Shown: positions 7,696 to 16,363, numbered from the stretch's first letter. The stretch is 16,363 nt of DNA from Promethearchaeota archaeon (GCA_048938445.1 JBHLME010000100.1:1-16363); one strand, 5' to 3'. The notes: a model not told the origin generated them from the sequence alone. Translations and numbers: made by a program.

Positions 7696-9603
7696 TTATT
7701 TTTTTTGGGTGAAATCAAAATAAAATTCTGTTGATTGCCCTTCTACTGAAAATATAGTTTTATAGGGGATGTTATGCAAAATATGAGCCATTGCTCTGTT
7801 AGTCGTAAGAAATTCTCCATAAAGTCCTCGTATACCTTTCTCATGAGCTATTTCGATAAGTTTTTCTAAAAGAAACTTAGCTAATCCTTGACCCCGGTAT
7901 TCTTTTGCCACAGTCATCGCAAATTCAGCAAAACCAGTATTCTTATTAAGATGATAACCAATGGCACCAATAATTTGTTCCTGTTCCACTTCTCCAACTA
8001 CAGCAACGAGAGTCATGCTAGTTTGATAGTCGCATACAACCTTTTGTTGAATTTGTGAATGTTTAAAATAATGTTTTGGTGTAAAAAATCGTAAGAGTCG
8101 GTCATAAGAAGATAATTTATAGTAAAGATCTTGCATTAATCTCTCATCTGTAAGCTTAATTGGCCTTATTAATATAGATTCCTTATCTTTTATTTGATAA
8201 GTCCATTTAATTTCAGGATAAATTACAACAACACCCTCACTGGTCATTGGTATTTTTTGGTCATCATAAATAAATCCAGTTCCTTTAGCAAGTTCAAGTA
8301 ATTTTTGCCGGAATTTAGGATGAGCAATTCCTATCATCTGCAATATTCGTTCTCTTACCGATTTACCATGTAAATATGCTATTCCCCATTCGGTGACTAT
8401 ATAGTGAACATCAAATGCCCTTAATGCAACGGGTTGAATGTCTAATATGGGTTTAATACTTGATTTTCCATCAGGAGTAATACTGGGTAATGCTACAATA
8501 CATTTACCTCCTTTTGTTAAAGAAGAACCCATCATGAATTCCGATTCTCCACCTATCCCTGAGTACATGCCTAGTCTAGTATGATTCGTTGCTTGTCCTA
8601 CTAGATCGACTTCTAGAGCTCCATAAATAGAACAGAGCTTATGATTAGAAGCAATTCTTGGTATATTACAAATAAATTCAGTAGGGTGTATTTCGATGAA
8701 AGGATTCTTATCAACATAATCAAAAAATTTTTTCGTACCTATGATGAAACTTGTCATGCAATGAGGAAATGTGCTCTTGGAGCAAGTTACTATATTATTC
8801 TCAATGAGGTCAATGATTGATTCAGGAAGCATTTCACTATATATTCCTAAGTCTTTTTTTTCATTCAAGTATTTAGGAAGAAAATGAGGAATTTTACCTA
8901 ATCCAAAGTTTAAGGTTGAACCATTTTCTATTAACTGGGAGATATACCACGCAATTTTTTCCATTTTTTCGATTCTTTCCTTCTGTTCATGATCTGCGTC
9001 AATGAAGTCGTATTTAAATTCCAAAAGAGGAGTATCTTCATAAACAAAATAATCAATATCCGATATTTTTATAAAAGAATTACCCATTGTCCAAGGCATT
9101 TGGGGATTTATATGAGCAATGACTATTTTTGCAACGTTACACATTGTCATATTTATATCAACATTAGTACCTAAAGAACAAAATCCATTTTTATCAGGAG
9201 GAGATACCTGCACTAAGGCAACATCAATCAATAATCTTTTACCAATTCCCCTAAGAAGGGGAGGGATTTGGCTAGACATTATTGGGGTATAATCGCTTAT
9301 GCCCATATTAATGGCTTTTCTCATAGAAGGAGAGCCAATTATAGATAGTGTATTATGTCTGAAAGCAGTTGGTTGTTCTTTTATGAAAAATTTTTGATCG
9401 GATAAAGTAAAAAAATGATAGATCTGACAATCTATAAATTTAATCATATTATTTGCTAACTGGCTTGTTAAAATTACAGGTTCAGAACAAGCACTTCCAA
9501 AATATACTCTTGAACCGGGTTTTATTATTTCAACCAACTTATCAGGAGTAATCTCCTTATCTTTATACTTTCCCCTCCATTCTGTGAGTTTTAATTGAGC
9601 CAT
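7696..9603 (-). CDS. Acetyl-CoA hydrolase / 4-hydroxybutyrate CoA-transferase family domain fused to a C-terminal Pat-like GNAT acetyltransferase
   Basis: DVALVQVSPPDKNGFCSLG, GLGKIP, LGIYSEM (catalytic Glu position), EVDLVGQ, SGIGG, VTEWGIA.L.GKSVRER...IAHPKFR. C-terminal IRPIK..D...LS...LRFF...DY...AEFAMTVAKEYRGQGLA...NRAM is a GNAT domain. Confidence 0.9.
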   Translation of the reverse strand: MAQLKLTEWRGKYKDKEITPDKLVEIIKPGSRVYFGSACSEPVILTSQLANNMIKFIDCQIYHFFTLSDQKFFIKEQPTAFRHNTLSIIGSPSMRKAINMGISDYTPIMSSQIPPLLRGIGKRLLIDVALVQVSPPDKNGFCSLGTNVDINMTMCNVAKIVIAHINPQMPWTMGNSFIKISDIDYFVYEDTPLLEFKYDFIDADHEQKERIEKMEKIAWYISQLIENGSTLNFGLGKIPHFLPKYLNEKKDLGIYSEMLPESIIDLIENNIVTCSKSTFPHCMTSFIIGTKKFFDYVDKNPFIEIHPTEFICNIPRIASNHKLCSIYGALEVDLVGQATNHTRLGMYSGIGGESEFMMGSSLTKGGKCIVALPSITPDGKSSIKPILDIQPVALRAFDVHYIVTEWGIAYLHGKSVRERILQMIGIAHPKFRQKLLELAKGTGFIYDDQKIPMTSEGVVVIYPEIKWTYQIKDKESILIRPIKLTDERLMQDLYYKLSSYDRLLRFFTPKHYFKHSQIQQKVVCDYQTSMTLVAVVGEVEQEQIIGAIGYHLNKNTGFAEFAMTVAKEYRGQGLAKFLLEKLIEIAHEKGIRGLYGEFLTTNRAMAHILHNIPYKTIFSVEGQSTEFYFDFTQKK

Positions 9604-9787
9604 ATATCTCTAACTAATAATATTGTATTTATTTTAATTGATATTTACAGGATTATATAATTTATTAAATTAATATGGCTAATGAAAAATTTGTATTGAG
9701 CACATAATAAAATCTTTCTAAAAGAATAATTTTATAAACTTCCCAATTTTACAGATGTATTTTAGGAAGTTTAATTATAAAACCATA

Positions 9788-10399
9788 TTAAGTATTTAAA
9801 TAATTTGAACTTTCAACCGTAAGTAATTCACTCTTGATTAAATCTTGAAATATTAATTTTAAAATTGTTTCAAAAGAACTCAAAACTCCTTCACCATTTA
9901 AAGCAGTGGTATATTCGGCTGTCATATTTTGAAATCCATCATATCCAATTTCATTCATAAATTGCATTGATTTGAATTTATTAGGAAGATCTTGCTTGTT
10001 AAAACATATGACAATAGGTAATTTTTCAATACCAGTTTTATAATAAGAAAGGAGTTCATTCCATGAGATTAAATTTCTTTTATATGCTGTTATTTGAGAA
10101 TCTACAACATAAATTAATCCATCAACTCCTTTTAACGTAGTTGGTCGAGTAACAATATAGAAATCTTGTCCTGTCGTGCTATAAAGGTGAATTTTAAGCT
10201 GCCATTCCTCATTTTGAAAGATCATTGTCCCGTAGTCGAAAAAAAGCGTTCTATTTAACGTGTTTTCAACACTAATTAGCTCATCCAATTTTCCAAAATG
10301 ATTGAATAACGACTTAATTGAAGTAGTTTTGCCTGACAACGCAGGTCCGTAATATACTATTTTTATATTAATTGTTTTATCTAACGCGTTAATTATCAT
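9788..10399 (-). CDS. mglA: MglA-family small GTPase
   Basis: INIKIVYYGPALSGKTT (G1), NRTLFFD (G2 with the MglA intrinsic Arg finger), YSTTGQ (MglA-type G3 lacking Asp), LKGVDGLIYVVDSQ, NKQD (G4), TALNGEGV (G5). Confidence 0.85.
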   Translation of the reverse strand: MIINALDKTINIKIVYYGPALSGKTTSIKSLFNHFGKLDELISVENTLNRTLFFDYGTMIFQNEEWQLKIHLYSTTGQDFYIVTRPTTLKGVDGLIYVVDSQITAYKRNLISWNELLSYYKTGIEKLPIVICFNKQDLPNKFKSMQFMNEIGYDGFQNMTAEYTTALNGEGVLSSFETILKLIFQDLIKSELLTVESSNYLNT

Positions 10400-10691
10400 A
10401 ATTTTCTCATGAAGTTATTTTAGCATTATTTTAAAATTAGATTTAAAAAAACCTATTTTTTTTAGAAAAATTTCGATTAAAAATTTTTAAAAAAAAAGAT
10501 CTTGATCTTATATCCACTCAGGAGCATGCTACCCTAATTCTTAAGATTTATTGTATCTGTTTTACGAATAGTTATGAAGAAAAGATCTTAAAAAAAACAA
10601 AAATTTTGTGTAACTTTAATCCATATTAATTTAAATTATATAATTTATTTAGTCTATATGATTTACAAATAAGTAAATATATTAGGCGAAA

Positions 10692-11378
10692 ATGTTGAAT
10701 ACACTAAATAAGAAAATTTTAGTTGCATTTTTTTCAAAGTACGGATATATTAAAGAAATAACTGAATTCATTTCAACACAATTCAAGGAGAATGGACTGC
10801 AAGTAGATCTTCTTGATTTAAGAAAACCTAAGAGAAATAAATGGCCTTCTTTAAACGATTATAAAGGTGTTATTATAGGTTCTAGTAAAACATTATATAG
10901 ATTTTGGCATAGAACAGTTAAGAAATTTGTAAAGGATAATATATATTTTTTAATCAATCACTATAAAATTGTTGGATTCTTTTTAAGTGATCCTAATGAA
11001 GCGTTGATTTTACTAGATCCAATTGAATGTGATAACAAATTTAAAGAACGAATAATAAAGAATTTTAAATTCTTACCTGATTTTTATTTGGATTTTGGAC
11101 CTGTCCTCGATTTTTCTAAGAGATCGAAGCTAAATTATGATGAAAGAAGAGATTTAAGACAAAATATTAAATTACTTTTGGGGAGAACAAGCATCAAGAT
11201 TGATTATAATGGTTTTAACGATTTTCGAGATTGGGATAAAGTTCGAAATTTCACTCTAAACTTCTTAAATATATTGATAGAAGGAAAAAAATGTAATGCT
11301 TGTGGTAAAGTAATAGCATTTTCCGCAGTATTTTGTACCAATTGTGGAATAAAACTAGAAATTAAAAAATTAATTTAA
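10692..11378 (+). CDS. Flavodoxin-like (HemG/Flavodoxin_5-type) protein with C-terminal zinc ribbon
   Basis: KILVAFFSKYGYIKEI; L..YKGVIIGSS; DFRDWDKVRNF (HemG-like D.RDW..I..F); C-terminal CNACG-x8-FCTNCG at 11292-11348. Confidence 0.75.
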   Translation: MLNTLNKKILVAFFSKYGYIKEITEFISTQFKENGLQVDLLDLRKPKRNKWPSLNDYKGVIIGSSKTLYRFWHRTVKKFVKDNIYFLINHYKIVGFFLSDPNEALILLDPIECDNKFKERIIKNFKFLPDFYLDFGPVLDFSKRSKLNYDERRDLRQNIKLLLGRTSIKIDYNGFNDFRDWDKVRNFTLNFLNILIEGKKCNACGKVIAFSAVFCTNCGIKLEIKKLI

Positions 11379-11628
11379 GATTAAGATGTCCAAATATAAA
11401 GAAATCAAGAGCAGCTAAGTTTTCATTTTTCTTACTTTTTACAAATATAATGGTTATAATTCGTTCTAGTTGGTAAAAAAGAATCAGATATAGTAAATTC
11501 TTAGGATTCTGAAAAGATTTTCTTTTATTCTATTAACACAACAAATCGAAAAGATGGCTTATATGTTAACCAATATCATCAGTATTTGAAAAAATGAAAA
11601 AAATTATCCAAAAAAATCAAGAATATCA

Positions 11629-13140
11629 TCAGGAGGAAGTATGAACAACCAAACCTTTATCCTGTAATTTTTTTATGGATTTAGAAATCTTTAAATTGTC
11701 ATTATTTAATTTTAAATTTAATATTTTAAGAGAGGAAAGCAACCCCATAGATTCTGGAAGAAAATTAAGTTTATTACCACTTAAATTTAATACTTCTAAA
11801 TTGAATAAAGAACCAATCCATTCTGGTAGTTTTATGAAATTATTCCAACTTAGATCAAGAGTTTTAAGAGAAGTTAGATTCTTTAATGATTTTGGTAAAT
11901 CATTAAGCTGGTTATTATTTAATGTTAATTTTTCCAGGGAATTTAATGTACCAATTTTATCAGGGAGATGCTCAATATTATTATTTCCTAAATTCAAATT
12001 TTTTAAATTGGGTAAATTAGCAATCAATTCCTTAAGATTAAATTCATTCTTATTTCCGCTTAATCCCAATTTTTTTAGAGACTCAAAATTTTTTATCCAT
12101 TTTGGAATTATTGTTAAATTATTTAATCCGAGTTCTAGTTTTTTTAGTGAGGTGAGATTTTCCAGTGAATTCGGTATTTTAGTTAATTGATTTCCATGTA
12201 AATCTAAAACTTTAAGTGATGTCAAATTCGAAATTGAATTTGGAAGGAGTGTTAATTTATTGTGTCTTAAATCTAAAATTTCTAATAATTTTAAAAAACC
12301 AATAGAATTGGAAAGCTCGGTCAAATTATTGTATTTTAAATCTAAATATTTAAGAGCTTGAAGTTTGAAAATAGAATTAGGAATCTCTCGGAATTTATTA
12401 TAACTTAGATCTAAATATGCTAATGATGATAGATTACCAAGAGAAGTAGGTAATCCACCTATTTTTGTTAATTTTAAATCTAATTTATTAAGTTCTTTAA
12501 AGATTTTAAAAACTTCTGTTAGATTTTTTAAAATTTTCCATCCAAAAACATTATTATTAATATTTGATAAATTCAACTCAGTTATAAAACCATTTTCTAC
12601 ACTATAATCAAATTCAGTTAGAGTTTCTTTAATATATTGAATCATGAAATAATTATTAATGATATCAGCAAGTTGGTTAGTAGATAAATCATGAATTTTA
12701 TTTGTCTTTGTTAAATTCTTTATACTATCATTAAATTTTGCATTTTGAAAATTTTTAATTTTATCTATTAAAATTGCTTTAGCCATATCATCTTCTATTT
12801 CAGATATCATTGAAGTAATTGGAATTAAAAATTGTAATGATTTCTCATGATTTAATATCCATTCAAAAGGACCTAAAGCCTTTTTCTCAAATAAAGCTTT
12901 TAAAGTTCTTGCTGCTAAAATTCGAATTTGATCATCATTATCAGATATAAGCGAATTTTCTAAGAATAAAAAGACGGATTTATCTTTAATTTTAATTTTA
13001 TTTAAAATATCAATGCTTTCTAATCGAACTTCAATCTCATTGTTATTTTCTATTATAAAAATCAATAATTGAGCTGCATATGACTTATCAATTTTATTTT
13101 TTTTGAAATCTTTAAAAATCTGTTTTGGTGTTAATGCCAT
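11629..13140 (-). CDS. Leucine-rich repeat protein with N-terminal HEAT-like helical repeats
   Basis: About 12-13 repeats of 23-24 aa (LPxSIxNLxSLxxLDLxxNxLxx) from about residue 186. N-terminal EVRLESIDIL...FLENSLISDNDDQIRILAARTL is HEAT-like. No signal peptide or TM segment evident. Confidence 0.92.
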   Translation of the reverse strand: MALTPKQIFKDFKKNKIDKSYAAQLLIFIIENNNEIEVRLESIDILNKIKIKDKSVFLFLENSLISDNDDQIRILAARTLKALFEKKALGPFEWILNHEKSLQFLIPITSMISEIEDDMAKAILIDKIKNFQNAKFNDSIKNLTKTNKIHDLSTNQLADIINNYFMIQYIKETLTEFDYSVENGFITELNLSNINNNVFGWKILKNLTEVFKIFKELNKLDLKLTKIGGLPTSLGNLSSLAYLDLSYNKFREIPNSIFKLQALKYLDLKYNNLTELSNSIGFLKLLEILDLRHNKLTLLPNSISNLTSLKVLDLHGNQLTKIPNSLENLTSLKKLELGLNNLTIIPKWIKNFESLKKLGLSGNKNEFNLKELIANLPNLKNLNLGNNNIEHLPDKIGTLNSLEKLTLNNNQLNDLPKSLKNLTSLKTLDLSWNNFIKLPEWIGSLFNLEVLNLSGNKLNFLPESMGLLSSLKILNLKLNNDNLKISKSIKKLQDKGLVVHTSS

Positions 13141-13169
13141 TTTTAATTTTTCTTAGTAATATAAAAATA

Positions 13170-14258
13170 CTATCCTAAATTAGCTAATTCAATAATTGTT
13201 TTCGCTATTTCTTTAGGTTTATGTTCTTCGATAAAATGACTAACATTTTCGAAAGTTTTTACGTGTCCCTCGAGTTGAGGTAGATGGGTCACCCATTGTT
13301 GTATTACTTCATCTTTAGCTGAAGGATCCCACTTTCCACAAAGTGCGCGAACGCCAATATTTTGACCATCGGGACCCCAAGTCTTACTTATCTTTTCTTG
13401 TATGTTACGATAAAAATCAGTAGTTTCTCGCTTACCAATACTTGGTTCATCATAGATGTTACCATATCCCCATACTGGCGTTTGAAGCACTAATCGCTTT
13501 GAACTTAAAATATTAGCTTCTGAATCAAATTGCTGTTTATATACCCTTTGGGCCGTTTTTTCTTCATGAGGAAAGTTTCCATTTCCCATTTCACGAATAG
13601 AGCTCATTAAATTTGTTAATAACATCTCATCTTCTTCTATTGGTTCAAGAAAGATAATACTAGCAGCAAATGCGCCCCAGTATTCATTGGCTATTAATCT
13701 AGGTGATTTAGCCCAAGAAACTAGCCGTGATGGATACGTCTTATAGGTTAATCCTGTTTCAGGCATTGGAAAAACTGTTGAATTTAAAATAACTAAATTT
13801 GATACTTTCTCTGGAACCTTTAGGAAAGCACCTATACCTATTGGACCACCCCAATCATGGATTATAAGAGTTACGTTCTCTAAATCTAAAAATTTAATTA
13901 GCTGCAATAAGTTTTCTGCATGATCCATGCAAACCATTTCATAAGTAGCTTGATCAGATAATCCATATCCAATATGGTCCATTGAGACAATTCGAAATGG
14001 TTTTTTAGATAGATTTAGCATGTTTGAAATAACTTTACGATATGTATATGAACATTCAGGATTACCATGGACAAATACGATAGTATTTTCTGGTTCTCCG
14101 TTTCCATGCTTGCTCTCTCTAAAAAACATTTTCTTATTCTCATCTAATCCTTCCGATAGCTCAAACCAAAATCCACAATCTTTTGGAAAATAATCTGAGG
14201 GATAATCTTTTAGAGGGCTATTTCCTTGAACTTTCGTTACTTCTTTTACAAAATTCAT
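13170..14258 (-). CDS. Alpha/beta hydrolase, haloalkane dehalogenase subfamily III / OleB-like
   Basis: FVHGNP, DHIGYGLSD, nucleophile elbow IHDWGG, LVILNS, acid GKWDP, base SHFIEE. SD-like AGGTG upstream of the start. Confidence 0.82.
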   Translation of the reverse strand: MNFVKEVTKVQGNSPLKDYPSDYFPKDCGFWFELSEGLDENKKMFFRESKHGNGEPENTIVFVHGNPECSYTYRKVISNMLNLSKKPFRIVSMDHIGYGLSDQATYEMVCMDHAENLLQLIKFLDLENVTLIIHDWGGPIGIGAFLKVPEKVSNLVILNSTVFPMPETGLTYKTYPSRLVSWAKSPRLIANEYWGAFAASIIFLEPIEEDEMLLTNLMSSIREMGNGNFPHEEKTAQRVYKQQFDSEANILSSKRLVLQTPVWGYGNIYDEPSIGKRETTDFYRNIQEKISKTWGPDGQNIGVRALCGKWDPSAKDEVIQQWVTHLPQLEGHVKTFENVSHFIEEHKPKEIAKTIIELANLG

Positions 14259-14291
14259 AAAAACACCTATATAGTTAAAAAAAAATATGAT

Positions 14292-16133
14292 TTAAAAGGC
14301 CATTGATTCGGTTCTTCTTCTTAGTCCGTGTATCATGGAGTTTGTTATATAAGGATCTTTTTTCCTATCACCTGTAAATCTAGCAAGAATTTTAAGTAGA
14401 TTAGAATCTATGAACGCCTTTCTCTTGCTTTTTTTCAATGATCTTGGAGTTTTTGAAATTACTTTCGTGATATAAGGAATGTCACCATCTTTTAACTTGT
14501 CATTCTTTGGATATATGTATTTTTTGGCTGGTTCTTCCTTTGGAAATTGTCTGAATTCATCAAACATGTTTTCTTTTTTGAATTTTAAAGCCCTTTTTTC
14601 AAGAATTTTTGAAAATACTTTTTGGGTAACCAAAGGTTCACCTATTAATTCCCTGTATTTTTCATCAATTTTTCGGACTCTTCTTCTCACGACACCATTA
14701 GGGGCTAAATGATCCATCGACGCTAATGTACACCATAAAGTAGCAGCATCTTTTTTAAAGAATTTAGATTTATGTTCGCTCATTATTGGATTATCAGAAT
14801 TCAAACAATGTTCATAACCCCTAAGCGATACATCAAGTTTTCTGAGAATAGAAGGCCCCCATGTCTTATAGATCAAATCGTATCCATATTCCGTTATATT
14901 TAAGGTTTCATGAGTCTCCAAAGCAATGTTCTCCTGCGACCCGCTCCAAAAATGTACATCCTCCCAAGGAACATTTTTAACTCGACCGGCTTTCTTCATT
15001 TTAGTATATAATGCAGTTCCCGGAAACGGAGAAAGTCGAGTTAATTGTTCATACGTTGGATAACAAGCTACAAAATAATTGAGATCCTCCATTATATTTG
15101 AATGGTCATGAAAATCAAAACCAGCTATCCAAGCGCCAATAGTACGAATACCGCGATCATGGAGATTATTAAACACTTCTCGTGCATCTGCTTCCTTTAC
15201 TTTACTATAGCCATGATCTCCAGCAAATTTCGACTCCACCCCTATAAAAATACACCCAATGCCAACCTCCGCTATTGCATCCCATCCATATTTATCAGCA
15301 AAATTCCAGATATGATCAACTGAACCAAAGGAAAACCAATCAACATTCTCAACGACCTTCGGATTGCTTTCATAATATTGCTTAGTTTTTGCCACGTATT
15401 CAGGATGACGGAAATGATCTTCCTCAATTACAAAAATCTGGTGGACATCTGGAAAATGTTCATGGTAAAGATTCATATGTTGAATTAATTCTTCAGGTGA
15501 AAGCATTTGTAATCTTTTATATCCAAACATTTCGGTAGTTGCACAAAAATCACATGCTCCCGGACATCCTAATCCTGATACGAGGAATCCAATAGTTCCT
15601 CGAGGATATTCATCGACCCATTTAATAGATCCGCCACATTTTGGCATGAGTTTTTGTTCAATAGGGCGATTTGGATCTTCTCCTAATAAATCTCTTAGAA
15701 ATCTTACACCTTCTCCTTTTACTGCGTAATCAACATATTTTTTTTGGGTCTCTTCATCATATTTTGCCTTGAATGCTTGCGCGCCATATGATCCAATCAT
15801 GATTTTGGTCTCAGGAGATTTTTCTCGAATGTACTCACACATCTTTAGTACATTATCTAAGTGTACTGGTAAACAACTAATTCCGATATATTCATACCCT
15901 TTATCTACTTCCTTTGTAAAATCTTCCCATCTTGGATATTCAAGTAATACTGAGGGAGTTTCTATGTTTTGTGCCAATATATGATTTCCATAACAATGAG
16001 TATGAGATATAATTGTAAATATATCGTCACCATGGGTAAAACGCTGGCCTGTGGCATCGGTAAGTGAATCATTAGCGGGTAAGGTAGGATATGGAAATAC
16101 GGGAGTAGATAATAAAATTTTATTTTTAAACAT
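14292..16133 (-). CDS. Cobalamin-binding (class B-type) radical SAM protein
   Basis: CxxxCxxC motif GCPGACDFC; N-terminal Rossmann-like B12-domain pattern (YIGIS...IREKSPETKIMIGSYGA...VKGEG); core motifs IFIGVES, IAGFD, LSPFPGTALY. Confidence 0.85.
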   Translation of the reverse strand: MFKNKILLSTPVFPYPTLPANDSLTDATGQRFTHGDDIFTIISHTHCYGNHILAQNIETPSVLLEYPRWEDFTKEVDKGYEYIGISCLPVHLDNVLKMCEYIREKSPETKIMIGSYGAQAFKAKYDEETQKKYVDYAVKGEGVRFLRDLLGEDPNRPIEQKLMPKCGGSIKWVDEYPRGTIGFLVSGLGCPGACDFCATTEMFGYKRLQMLSPEELIQHMNLYHEHFPDVHQIFVIEEDHFRHPEYVAKTKQYYESNPKVVENVDWFSFGSVDHIWNFADKYGWDAIAEVGIGCIFIGVESKFAGDHGYSKVKEADAREVFNNLHDRGIRTIGAWIAGFDFHDHSNIMEDLNYFVACYPTYEQLTRLSPFPGTALYTKMKKAGRVKNVPWEDVHFWSGSQENIALETHETLNITEYGYDLIYKTWGPSILRKLDVSLRGYEHCLNSDNPIMSEHKSKFFKKDAATLWCTLASMDHLAPNGVVRRRVRKIDEKYRELIGEPLVTQKVFSKILEKRALKFKKENMFDEFRQFPKEEPAKKYIYPKNDKLKDGDIPYITKVISKTPRSLKKSKRKAFIDSNLLKILARFTGDRKKDPYITNSMIHGLRRRTESMAF

Positions 16134-16235
16134 CTTTTTCGCACTTCTCTATAGTTAAAACAATAGTTTAGCCATTAATACTAATTTGTAAAAATAGCTA
16201 ATTATTTTATTTGATTTTTATTATATTTAAGTGTT

Positions 16236-16259
16236 GTGCAGCAGTGCACTGCACTAGTG
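16236..16259. promoter_or_regulatory. GC-rich nested palindrome (candidate operator) next to a TATA-like element upstream of the radical SAM gene
   Basis: gcagtgcactgc (16241-16252) is a perfect 12-bp palindrome. It overlaps agtgca-c-tgcact (16243-16255), gtgcag-N7-ctgcac (16236-16254) and cactagtg (16252-16259). ttaaatataa lies on the minus strand at 16230-16221. Confidence 0.5.
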
Positions 16260-16363
16260 AATAAATATTCAAATAGAGAATTAAAACAACATAATAACTA
16301 TTTTAGGCATGGAATAATAATTAAGAATATAACATGATAAGATCATTTTTCCAATTACAATTT

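Noticed and set aside
10400-10691. Hidden mglB or small RNA upstream of mglA
   Set aside because: The region is too short, is dominated by poly-A/T tracts, gave only tiny ORFs where I checked, and shows no convincing stem structure.
10692-11378. Assigning the gene symbol hemG
   Set aside because: The FMN loop is degenerate, there is an extra Zn ribbon, and no heme-pathway genes are nearby.
11572-11632. TGATG-coupled 16-codon ORF after the LRR gene, and an 11-bp repeat aatatcatcag (11572-11582, 11622-11632)
   Set aside because: The peptide derives from T-tracts that more likely act as archaeal terminators. The repeat is short and could be chance in AT-rich DNA.
8989-16144. Shadow ORFs 8989..9174, 11675..12190, 14479..14712, 15102..15323, 15769..15984, 15962..16144
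   Set aside because: All lie within or almost entirely overlap supported genes. The 171-aa ORF at 11675 merely mirrors the periodic LRR codons.
1-16363. Stop-codon recoding (Sec/Pyl) or programmed frameshifts
   Set aside because: The TGA- and TAG-ending genes appear domain-complete at their stops, and I saw no split gene needing readthrough. Not tested computationally.

Overview
AT-rich prokaryotic window with 13 supportable protein-coding genes and no recognisable RNA gene, CRISPR array or transposase. The gene set suggests an Asgard archaeon of the Lokiarchaeia type (inference): two small GTPases, a HEAT+LRR protein, a sensor-less histidine kinase, an ATC-hydrolase-family protein, a beta-oxidation dehydrogenase and GGTGA-type Shine-Dalgarno motifs. 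Gene order: 5'-truncated small GTPase-RHH fusion (+), MFS transporter (+), histidine kinase (+), DUF6054-like (-), ATC-hydrolase-like (-), 3-hydroxyacyl-CoA dehydrogenase (+), orphan adenine DNA methyltransferase (-), CoA-transferase-GNAT fusion (-), MglA-like GTPase (-), flavodoxin-like + Zn ribbon (+), HEAT-LRR (-), HLD-III/OleB-like hydrolase (-), B12-radical SAM (-). The ORF track misses the most notable feature. Frame +1 is open from base 1 to 627 and joins a Ras-superfamily GTPase C-terminal half in frame to a ribbon-helix-helix DNA-binding domain and a coiled coil. An 11-aa tandem duplication sits where switch II should be. This is a candidate nucleotide-gated transcription factor. All family calls come from reading motifs by eye; no searches were run.
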